The notes under the pieces were generated by a model. That model was not told where the DNA came from, searched no databases, and saw only the letters and a list, made by a program, of their open reading frames with translations. Positions 1 through 7,722 of a DNA stretch of 64,000 nucleotides are shown piece after piece (positions within the stretch are counted from its first letter, which is position 1; every line of letters begins with the position of its first letter). The stretch lies in sequence record KJ019142.1, one strand, 5' to 3'. Both the position numbers and the translations under genes were made by a program.

Positions 1-353
1 AAATAGTTGGTAATGTAATCAAACAATACAAGATGGATGTTCCATACTTCACACAGTTCTTTCCCAAGGGACTGGAGATTGAAACACCAAAGGTCAAAGG
101 TTACAGTCCTGGAGGACAATTCAAACCACATTGTGATGTGGATGCTACTTCCTGTCCAAGGTATCTTGCCTTTCTATTTTATCTTAATGATAATTTTACA
201 GGTGGACAAACAGAGTTCTTACCTGGTATAATGGTGGAACCTGTGAAAGGTTCAGTGGTGGTATTTCCACCCAACTGGCAACACCCTCATTGTGGATTAC
301 CAGTGGAGACTGGTAACAAATATATTATGTCAACTTATCTAAGATACGTTTAA
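1..353 (+). CDS. 2OG-Fe(II) oxygenase (prolyl-4-hydroxylase-like), 5' partial
   Basis: HxD (HCD)...H (HCG) triad and terminal KYIMSTY strand; frame is open from the window start, so the gene is probably truncated. Confidence 0.85.
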   Translation, partial: IVGNVIKQYKMDVPYFTQFFPKGLEIETPKVKGYSPGGQFKPHCDVDATSCPRYLAFLFYLNDNFTGGQTEFLPGIMVEPVKGSVVVFPPNWQHPHCGLPVETGNKYIMSTYLRYV

Positions 354-1720
354 TGGATCGAATTGAGAATTTAATACTAAGATCACTCTCACATAGTGAA
401 GGGTTTTCTAGGAAGGTTATCCCCTTCATCAAACCAGATTATTTCCATGATAATGCTGAGAAAGTTCTCTTCGAAGAAATCGCACAATACATTGTCAAGT
501 ACAACTCTAATGTTACTGTACAGGCTCTAAGTATTGAGGTGGAACAGAGAACCGATTTATCTGATAGTGATGTCAAAACTATCAGAACTATCCTAGATGA
601 CTTTGATGCAGTCACAGGAACTGATGAGTGGATGATTGATTCCACTGAGAAGTGGTGTAAGAAACAGGCAATTTACAACGCTCTTATGGAGTCTGTGAGT
701 ATTGCCAATGGAGATAGTCAGACTAAGGCTGAAGACGCTATCCCCAGTATCCTCTCAGAGGCTCTGGGTGTATCCTTTGATAGTAATGTAGGTCACGACT
801 ACATTGAGAACGCAGAGGATAGGTGGGAGTACTACCACCAGAAGGAAGATAAGATTCCCTTCGATATTGATCTACTCAATGCGATTACTAAAGGTGGATT
901 ACCTAACAAGACACTGAATATCGCACTCGCTGGTACTGGTGTTGGTAAGTCACTCTTTATGTGTCACGTAGCAGCCTCTAGTTTAATGCAGGGTAAGAAT
1001 GTTCTATACATCACTGCTGAGATGGCAGAAGAGAAGATCGCAGAACGTATTGACTCCAACCTACTCAACGTTAATATTAAGGATCTATCTGAACTACCCA
1101 AACAGATGTTTGAGAAGAAGATAGATGCGGTATCTAAGAAGACACAAGGTTCCTTGGTTATCAAGGAGTATCCTACAGCTTCTGCACACTCAGGACACTT
1201 CAAGTCTCTACTTAACGAACTAAAACTCAAGAAGAACTTCACACCAGATATTATCTTTATTGATTATCTCAATATCTGTGCTTCCTCTCGTATCAGAGCT
1301 GGTGCTAACGCTAACTCCTACACACTAGTGAAGAGTATCGCAGAAGAGATTCGTGGTCTAGCGGTAGAGTTCAACGTTCCTATCGTGAGTGCTACTCAGA
1401 CGACTCGTAGTGGGTATGGAAACAGTGACGTGGGTATCACAGATACCTCTGAGTCTTTCGGTCTTCCTGCAACCGCTGACCTTATGATCGCTCTTATCTC
1501 CACAGAGGAGCTAGAAGGTCTAGGTCAAATTATGGTTAAACAACTCAAGAACAGATACAATGATCCCACCATCCACAAGCGTTTTGTTGTCGGTATTGAC
1601 AGAGCTAAGATGCGGTTGTATGACTGTGAGCAGGCGGCTCAGGATGATATTCTGGATAGTGGTGACGACTCTGAGGAAAAGACTTCCCTCAAGGATAAGT
1701 TGGCAAAACTGAGTTTCTAG
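353..1720 (+). CDS. gp41: T4 gp41-like replicative DNA helicase (DnaB family)
   Basis: Walker A AGTGVGKS, IFIDYL, SATQTTR, KQLKNRY motifs; 455 aa. Confidence 0.97.
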   Translation: MDRIENLILRSLSHSEGFSRKVIPFIKPDYFHDNAEKVLFEEIAQYIVKYNSNVTVQALSIEVEQRTDLSDSDVKTIRTILDDFDAVTGTDEWMIDSTEKWCKKQAIYNALMESVSIANGDSQTKAEDAIPSILSEALGVSFDSNVGHDYIENAEDRWEYYHQKEDKIPFDIDLLNAITKGGLPNKTLNIALAGTGVGKSLFMCHVAASSLMQGKNVLYITAEMAEEKIAERIDSNLLNVNIKDLSELPKQMFEKKIDAVSKKTQGSLVIKEYPTASAHSGHFKSLLNELKLKKNFTPDIIFIDYLNICASSRIRAGANANSYTLVKSIAEEIRGLAVEFNVPIVSATQTTRSGYGNSDVGITDTSESFGLPATADLMIALISTEELEGLGQIMVKQLKNRYNDPTIHKRFVVGIDRAKMRLYDCEQAAQDDILDSGDDSEEKTSLKDKLAKLSF

Positions 1721-1728
1721 TGTATAAT
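1700..1728 (+). promoter_or_regulatory. sigma70-type promoter (TTGGCA-17 bp-TATAAT)
   Basis: -35 at 1700-1705, -10 at 1723-1728, 17 bp spacer. Confidence 0.7.
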
Positions 1729-1780
1729 GGTTATGTTGGGAAGAAACCCCAACCTCCTTTGTGATGTGGTGTTTGTTGGG

Positions 1781-1806
1781 GAAGGGGTGGTTCCCTTCCC
1801 TTTTTT
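1781..1806 (+). terminator. intrinsic terminator
   Basis: GGAAGGG/CCCTTCC stem followed by T6. Confidence 0.75.
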
Positions 1807-1830
1807 ATTGTTTATTGGTATTCAATTATT

Positions 1831-2235
1831 ATGAGCGTAGATTTTTCTAAGTACGGTGAGTTTGTAGACACAGTAACTAGTGCCCCCTCCAAGGGAACTG
1901 GTGAGATGATCGCAGTACTCAAGGACCTTAAGCTTCGTGGAGCACAACCCGAAAGACTTCTTACTGGTGCAGTTGGTATCTGTGCTGAGGGTGGTGAGTT
2001 CATGGAAGTGGTCAAGAAGATGGTATTCCAAGGCAAACCCTATGACCAAGATAATGTCTGGCATATGAAGCGTGAGTTGGGTGATATTATGTTCTATGTA
2101 CAAACAGCGTGTATCGCTCTAGGTACCTCTGTTGATGAGATTGTAGAGATGAATGTGGAGAAACTAGAAGCACGATATCCAGGTGGTCAATTTAGTGTAG
2201 AGAATAGTGAGAACCGAGTAGAGGGTGACTTATGA
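1831..2235 (+). CDS. mazG: MazG-like nucleotide pyrophosphohydrolase
   Basis: EGGEF...VKK...RELGDIMFY acidic motifs; typical cyanophage position after gp41. Confidence 0.92.
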   Translation: MSVDFSKYGEFVDTVTSAPSKGTGEMIAVLKDLKLRGAQPERLLTGAVGICAEGGEFMEVVKKMVFQGKPYDQDNVWHMKRELGDIMFYVQTACIALGTSVDEIVEMNVEKLEARYPGGQFSVENSENRVEGDL

Positions 2236-2354
2236 TTGCATCTGATACACATAATGAACCCACTGAGTTAATCAGACAAATCAATGATTCAGTGGAACGT
2301 GCTAGAATGAAGGAACAAGACGATCAACTAAACTACGACACAGGAGGTAAATGA
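2232..2354 (+). CDS. small hypothetical protein (40 aa)
   Basis: ATG overlaps mazG stop, TGA overlaps next ATG; below ORF-track cutoff. Confidence 0.5.
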   Translation: MIASDTHNEPTELIRQINDSVERARMKEQDDQLNYDTGGK

Positions 2355-2659
2355 TGGACAAGCCAATTACAGTTGAGGAATATCAAGAGGCTGGTAAAGA
2401 GTTCTGGCCTAAGTATTGGTATGTTGCTAAAGAACTTGGTGAAAACGCTAAGACTGAAGATGTCCTACACGTTATGGAGTCTCTTGCTGGTGTTGTTATG
2501 GTCAACAGAAGCAATGAAAAGAAAGAATATTCTGGTATGATTGGGTTCAATAAGTCCCTAGAAGACAACCCATTGGCTTCTGCTACATACCACGGACAAC
2601 CAGTTACAGAGTGTCCCCCAGGGACTATCTACTGTAACGGTGAATGTTGTGACCTATGA
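2351..2659 (+). CDS. hypothetical protein
   Basis: 102 aa ORF, RBS GGAGG upstream. Confidence 0.7.
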   Translation: MMDKPITVEEYQEAGKEFWPKYWYVAKELGENAKTEDVLHVMESLAGVVMVNRSNEKKEYSGMIGFNKSLEDNPLASATYHGQPVTECPPGTIYCNGECCDL

Positions 2660-2667
2660 GGTAAATT

Positions 2668-2802
2668 ATGGCTAAAAGAACTTATACTACAAAGTCTGGA
2701 GATGTGTTTGAGTGGGAAGAGACCCCTGAAACTACTGCAGCACTCAAAGCTCTCCACAGACAAGTGGCAGAGACAAAACAGAAGCTTGACAGCACCAAGT
2801 GA
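2668..2802 (+). CDS. small hypothetical protein (44 aa)
   Basis: RBS GAGGT, ATG 2668, TGA 2800-2802; read by eye. Confidence 0.55.
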   Translation: MAKRTYTTKSGDVFEWEETPETTAALKALHRQVAETKQKLDSTK

Positions 2803-2814
2803 GTCTGTTATAAT
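2786..2814 (+). promoter_or_regulatory. perfect consensus sigma70 promoter (TTGACA-17 bp-TATAAT, extended -10 TG)
   Basis: TTGACA 2786-2791, TATAAT 2809-2814. Confidence 0.9.
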
Positions 2815-2820
2815 ATGAGA

Positions 2821-2890
2821 GTTGGGAAGGAAACCCCCCAACTGCGGTGACCCCCTTGGTAGTTCAGGGTTAGCGGCGATAGGAACTACC
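2821..2890 (+). ncRNA. structured RNA leader (hairpin plus probable pseudoknot) ahead of tRNA-Arg
   Basis: GTTGGG/CCCAAC stem; GGTAGTTC/GAACTACC stem whose loop GGGTTA can pair with upstream TGACCC. Confidence 0.5.
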
Positions 2891-2894
2891 ACAA

Positions 2895-2968
2895 GGGTTA
2901 ATAGCTCAGCTGGACAGAGCAACGCTCTTCTAAAGCGTCGGTCGTTGGTTCGAATCCAACTTAACCCG
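2895..2968 (+). tRNA. trnR: tRNA-Arg (anticodon TCT)
   Basis: GGGTTAA/TTAACCC acceptor stem, anticodon arm ACGCT-CTTCTAA-AGCGT, GGTTCGAATCC T-arm; no encoded CCA. Confidence 0.95.
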
Positions 2969-2990
2969 TTGGGGTCTAATTAACCCCATA

Positions 2991-3175
2991 GGATGTGACA
3001 GAATGAACCGTTTGGTTAATACCGGTCATTGTATAGTAGGGAAGGCTGTGGTGGCCGCCAGAAAGACTAGGAGACTAGAGTTCTGAGAACCCATACCAGG
3101 GTCCCGAAAGTTCAGAGGTATTACTATTCTTAGTATGACCCCTCTGTTGGAGGTAAAAAGATAATCCTCCCATCC
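2991..3175 (+). ncRNA. multi-stem structured RNA candidate between the two tRNAs
   Basis: GGATG/CATCC closing helix, internal stems AATGA(A)CCG/CGGTCATT, CAGAGG/CCTCTG, GGAGG/CCTCC; no ORF. Confidence 0.55.
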
Positions 3176-3181
3176 ACCCAA

Positions 3182-3253
3182 TCCACAATAGCTCAGCGGT
3201 AGAGTCGGCGACTGTTAATCGCCTTGTCCCTGGTTCGAATCCAGGTTGTGGAG
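3182..3253 (+). tRNA. trnN: tRNA-Asn (anticodon GTT)
   Basis: TCCACAA/TTGTGGA acceptor stem, GGCGA-CTGTTAA-TCGCC anticodon arm, GGTTCGAATCC T-arm. Confidence 0.95.
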
Positions 3254-3271
3254 TTCTTTATTATCTTTGAT

Positions 3272-3988
3272 ATGGATGTATCCAATCCTGATAACTGGTA
3301 TATTGGTAGATTTTGTGAATCTAACTTCCTAGATCAAACAGCACTCTCCTCAGTGAGGTCATGGATTGATACTCAATCATGGGTAGATGGAGTTTTAACT
3401 TTGGACTACTCTAAAGATAAGGATCCATATCAACTGAAAAGAAATCAGGCAACGAGAAATATAATCCCACCCAGACTATTTTGGCCACATGTTGATAAGA
3501 ACGAAAAGTTCGCTCGGTTCACCTGTCCCCGATCAAGCACCGATCCAAACTGCACAAAAACATCTAAGGGTGAATACTACAAACCACACTTTGATGATGT
3601 AGTTAATGGGCACTTCTCAACTACGATCTTTATCAGTGATCCTGATGAATATGATGGTGGTGAGTTAGTTCTGTATATTGACGGGAAGGAAGTATTCTTC
3701 AAACCAAAAGCAGGTGAAGGTGTAACTTATGAGACTGGTATTGGTCATAGAGTCAATACAGTCACAAGGGGTGAGAGATTGGCATTTGTATTCTGGACAG
3801 ATTGTCGATGGGATGATATTGATGATTATCGTGATTGGCGTTATTATAACTATATGAAAGACTACCTAATGACAACTCCTTATGTTGATACCTTATATGA
3901 GTTTTGTAACGAACCCCATACTATATTCAAAGGGAAATCATATGATATTATGAGAAAGGTTATGAGGAAAGTTATTCCTAATGGTTGA
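3272..3988 (+). CDS. 2OG-Fe(II) oxygenase (PKHD type)
   Basis: YKPHFD...DEYDGGEL...HRVNTVTRGERL; start moved to ATG 3272 because the longer ORF overlaps tRNA-Asn. Confidence 0.88.
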   Translation: MDVSNPDNWYIGRFCESNFLDQTALSSVRSWIDTQSWVDGVLTLDYSKDKDPYQLKRNQATRNIIPPRLFWPHVDKNEKFARFTCPRSSTDPNCTKTSKGEYYKPHFDDVVNGHFSTTIFISDPDEYDGGELVLYIDGKEVFFKPKAGEGVTYETGIGHRVNTVTRGERLAFVFWTDCRWDDIDDYRDWRYYNYMKDYLMTTPYVDTLYEFCNEPHTIFKGKSYDIMRKVMRKVIPNG

Positions 3989-4514
3989 ATCATTTTACGG
4001 AGAAATACTCAACTCGGATGCTACTGGGCATCTGTATTCGTATGCCCAAAGTATTCAAGACTGGCAAACCATAAACCAAGACTACATGGGTAAGAAATAC
4101 CAGTCTGTTATGGCTCATAAAGTCCCTAGGGGAAATGAGATTGAGAAGTATGTTGTCAGAACTTTTCTCACATTCAATAAGTTATATTTCAACTACGATT
4201 TAGTAGGAACATTTGAAACACAGATTCTGAAATACAATGTGCATGATGGGTATGATTGGCACTGTGACTATGGTGTGAGTGAGAATCCCAATGCAGTTAG
4301 GAAACTGAGTATGATTATTCAACTCAGTGATATGTGGGACTACAACGGTGCAAATGTATTCCTAAGGGACTGGCACAACCGAGAACACATCCTAAGTAAG
4401 GAGTCTGGGTATGTTACCGTATTTGACTCTAGGTCCCCTCACAGGGTCTCTCCTCTAGCTATCGGAGAACGATACTCACTGGTAGCCTGGGCTCACGGTC
4501 CAGAGTGGAGATAA
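3981..4514 (+). CDS. 2OG-Fe(II) oxygenase
   Basis: YDWHCD...RKLSMIIQL...HRVSPLAIGERYSLVAW. Confidence 0.9.
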   Translation: MVESFYGEILNSDATGHLYSYAQSIQDWQTINQDYMGKKYQSVMAHKVPRGNEIEKYVVRTFLTFNKLYFNYDLVGTFETQILKYNVHDGYDWHCDYGVSENPNAVRKLSMIIQLSDMWDYNGANVFLRDWHNREHILSKESGYVTVFDSRSPHRVSPLAIGERYSLVAWAHGPEWR

Positions 4515-4539
4515 ATAAAATACAAAGAAATGGAAACAT

Positions 4540-4854
4540 ATGCTTTCTACACAATATCGTCTTCGCCTTGAGGCTATCTGCCGAAAGATTGCGAATAGTG
4601 AATCTGTGGATTTGAGTGACATGATCTGGGCAGACAAATTGGCAAAGAGCCATACTACTGCTAGAGACTGGTTACAGCAGGCAAGAAGACAATCAGCCCA
4701 TCAAATTGAAGAAGGTACCATAGATGATTTTATGAATAGGATGGGTTTAGGTGATCCCGATCCGTCCAATCATAAGAAGGGATTTGATAGTGCCGATGAT
4801 ATTAAGGACTGGTTTCAACAGGATAAGCCCAAAGACTGGAGACAAAGAGACTAA
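4540..4854 (+). CDS. conserved cyanophage hypothetical protein
   Basis: 104 aa ORF, MLSTQYRLRLE start; late-promoter-like ATAAATA upstream. Confidence 0.75.
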   Translation: MLSTQYRLRLEAICRKIANSESVDLSDMIWADKLAKSHTTARDWLQQARRQSAHQIEEGTIDDFMNRMGLGDPDPSNHKKGFDSADDIKDWFQQDKPKDWRQRD

Positions 4855-4856
4855 CT

Positions 4857-5036
4857 ATGGCTAATAAAAACGACAAAGGCAATCACCCAAGAGAAGAGGG
4901 TTGGTTCACCGAAAAGTTGAAGAGAAGACTCAGGAATGATCTCATACATCCTGAACATCTAGTTCCCATTCTTATTGAAGAGAATGAGGCACTTAGAGCA
5001 GAGATTGCAACACTAAAAGCAATGCATAAATGGTAA
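4857..5036 (+). CDS. small hypothetical protein (59 aa)
   Basis: fills gap between neighbours, read by eye. Confidence 0.5.
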   Translation: MANKNDKGNHPREEGWFTEKLKRRLRNDLIHPEHLVPILIEENEALRAEIATLKAMHKW

Positions 5037-5037
5037 A

Positions 5038-6339
5038 ATGGCAGCATTAAGTTCCACTTCCCCAGGACAACTAGGTAAGTATGTCATCCCCACAGTCCAG
5101 AAACTAAATGATGCGATGAAACGCAGAACTAGTCTTGGTAGGGGGAGTGGTAAGTCTTATACCATTAAGAATACCCCTGCGAATGTGGCAGCTATCAAGG
5201 AGTTCTCTCGTATTGGTAGCTCCCCCAAGTCACAGAAAGAAGCACTTGCTATTAGTCTGCAGACCACTGATACTAAAGTTCCTACTATTACTATCGGCAG
5301 TATTGATAAACCTAATATCAAATACAACCTTGGAGATATGTCCGAGGCTGTAGTTGGCGCTGCTATTGCTGCCAGGTTTATCTACAAGAATAGAAGTATT
5401 ACGACTTCAAATGTTTATGGTGTTCTATATGGAATGCCACCATCATCTAACTACCCAGGGAAGAAGGGAAAATATACAGAGAAGACATTCCAGTCAGTTA
5501 ATGAAAATAAGAAGGTTACAGATCAAGTTAAGGTGTATATCTCCTTAGCTGAGGTTAATATGGCTGCTGTGATGGATAGATCCAATAAGGATCTTATTCT
5601 TCCTTATGTTCGTTCTGCAGTCAGATATGCCAATAGTACTACTGTTAAGAAGTGGTCCAAACTACTTTATGAGAACAATAGATCAGACAAGATTGATGTA
5701 ATGTCTGATGGTCTGGGAGGACAAACCACAACTAAAGTGGATGTATATGTAAAAGTTAATGATGAGAAAGTAAATATTAATGTGTCACTGAAGGCTGGTG
5801 ATGTCAAACAGTTTGGTCAGGTCTCTGGTATTGAGTTTGAGAAACAAACTAAACTATGGGAAACCTCCTTTGGTTTTGGTAGTGAGATTAAGAGTCTAGA
5901 GTCAAAGTATAACCAGTTGATCTCAGATAAATCAACAGTCCCACAGGCTGTAACTATGGTGTATCAAGAGGTGGCTAACCTTTTTAATCAAGGTATTAAG
6001 AGAGGTGATGCTGGTATGATAAGGAAATTTGCCAACTCCATTAAGTATTTCGCTACACTAAATGAAGACAATGTAACCCTACTACAGGTGGGTAATGACG
6101 CAGCAAAGCTCTATTCGTTTGATGATATATACCAAGGAATAGAAAACATGCAACTGAACGCTTCTATTACTATGGGTAAGAGTGGTCTTCCAACCTTACT
6201 AATAAACGAGACTGCTAGTGGGCAACCCCTCATTCAGTATCGTGTGAAGCAGGAGTTCAAACCCGATGGGTCTCCATACATCAGAAACTATGTGGAGAAG
6301 CAAACTGTTCTAGGGAAACTTATTGGTGAAAACCTCTAG
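5038..6339 (+). CDS. hypothetical protein, putative PD-(D/E)xK nuclease fold
   Basis: 433 aa; GDMSE helix, KVDV...VSLK pattern resembling restriction-nuclease catalytic cores; adjacent to Dam. Confidence 0.5.
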   Translation: MAALSSTSPGQLGKYVIPTVQKLNDAMKRRTSLGRGSGKSYTIKNTPANVAAIKEFSRIGSSPKSQKEALAISLQTTDTKVPTITIGSIDKPNIKYNLGDMSEAVVGAAIAARFIYKNRSITTSNVYGVLYGMPPSSNYPGKKGKYTEKTFQSVNENKKVTDQVKVYISLAEVNMAAVMDRSNKDLILPYVRSAVRYANSTTVKKWSKLLYENNRSDKIDVMSDGLGGQTTTKVDVYVKVNDEKVNINVSLKAGDVKQFGQVSGIEFEKQTKLWETSFGFGSEIKSLESKYNQLISDKSTVPQAVTMVYQEVANLFNQGIKRGDAGMIRKFANSIKYFATLNEDNVTLLQVGNDAAKLYSFDDIYQGIENMQLNASITMGKSGLPTLLINETASGQPLIQYRVKQEFKPDGSPYIRNYVEKQTVLGKLIGENL

Positions 6340-6374
6340 GTGTGTTATAATACCATTGTAGAGATTTCTATTTT

Positions 6375-7274
6375 ATGAAGGAACGCAGAAAGTATCCAAC
6401 CGTATTGAGGTATCCAGGCGGTAAGTCTAGGATTATCTACTATTTGTTTAGGGAAAATATGATCCCTAAGAATGTCAAGGAATACCGTGAGGGTTTCCTA
6501 GGTGGGGGTTCTTGTGCTCTTGCGTTTTCTGTGATGTACCCAAACACCCCAGTTTGGGTCAATGATCTTTACTATAATCTGTTTATCTTCTGGACACAAC
6601 TCCAGAAGAATCCAGATCCACTTATCAATAGACTCCTAGAATTAAAGGACGAAGCCTGTGATGCATCAGGTACAGAAGAACTAGAGAAAAAGCATAGAAA
6701 ACTCTACACAGATATGCGTGATCTCATTAACACCTCTAGTGATCACCTTGATATTGCAACCTCCTTCTACATTCTAAACCGATCTAGTTTCGGTGGATTC
6801 ACTGAACAAAACAAGAATGCCTTCATCCGAGACTCATACAAGAATACTATTTTCTCTCAGAGTAAAATCCGTAAGTTGGCTAATATCTCTGAGATTATCC
6901 AACCCTGGAGAATTACCAATACACACTACAAGGAACTAATGAGAGCTCCTGGTGATGATGTATTTGTGTTCCTAGACCCTCCATATCTAATCAAGGATAT
7001 GTTGTATGGTAAGGACAAGGAGATGCACACTGGGTTCTCTCATGAAGAGTTTGTGAGTGAGTGTAAAGGTTCTACACATGACTGGATGATTACCTACAAT
7101 GAACACGAATGGTTGAGATCCCAGTTCGCTGACTATCATATGGAGTCTTTCGAGTTCCGTTATAGTCTCGCCCACAGGGAAGAGAATGGCAACAAGAAAG
7201 AAGAACTCCTCATAATGAACTATGAGATTCCTCGTGATATCCCAAACCCACTAGAGGTAGTTTTGTATGGATGA
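6375..7274 (+). CDS. dam: DNA adenine methyltransferase (Dam/D12 family), copy 1
   Basis: LRYPGGKS, YREGFLGGGS, WVND, FLDPPY motifs. Confidence 0.92.
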   Translation: MKERRKYPTVLRYPGGKSRIIYYLFRENMIPKNVKEYREGFLGGGSCALAFSVMYPNTPVWVNDLYYNLFIFWTQLQKNPDPLINRLLELKDEACDASGTEELEKKHRKLYTDMRDLINTSSDHLDIATSFYILNRSSFGGFTEQNKNAFIRDSYKNTIFSQSKIRKLANISEIIQPWRITNTHYKELMRAPGDDVFVFLDPPYLIKDMLYGKDKEMHTGFSHEEFVSECKGSTHDWMITYNEHEWLRSQFADYHMESFEFRYSLAHREENGNKKEELLIMNYEIPRDIPNPLEVVLYG

Positions 7275-7722
7275 TCTAGAGCTAGAGTATCATCTTTATC
7301 TGGATGGAAACCCTATTCAGACACTGAAGGATGACGCTAGTACAATGACTTTAGCCAAGAAGAGAGTTATCGGTCCTTACATTCGTAGAGCTGAATCTTT
7401 TATTAAAATATCAGAACCATTTAGGGAACTACTTCGTCTTGATGATGGTAAGGATAAACTTCTAGATGCAATAGGTGTTGTCTGGGCACACTACTTTGAA
7501 CATAAGATTAACAAGAAGTATATGGTTATCCCTAAGGATGCATCTCTTGATTTTATGGAATACTTTGGTACTATGGCACAGAAGGATAAGTTTCCAGATG
7601 ATAAATATATTAAGAAAGCTCAGCGTATTATTCTCTCCCACGAAAAGAGTATTGACGCTTTCATTAAGGCTTTTCATAGTATCCGTTTAGCCAACGACAA
7701 ATATCTCTCCCTGAAGAAATGA
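7267..7722 (+). CDS. hypothetical protein
   Basis: 151 aa, translationally coupled to both neighbours. Confidence 0.75.
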   Translation: MDDLELEYHLYLDGNPIQTLKDDASTMTLAKKRVIGPYIRRAESFIKISEPFRELLRLDDGKDKLLDAIGVVWAHYFEHKINKKYMVIPKDASLDFMEYFGTMAQKDKFPDDKYIKKAQRIILSHEKSIDAFIKAFHSIRLANDKYLSLKK

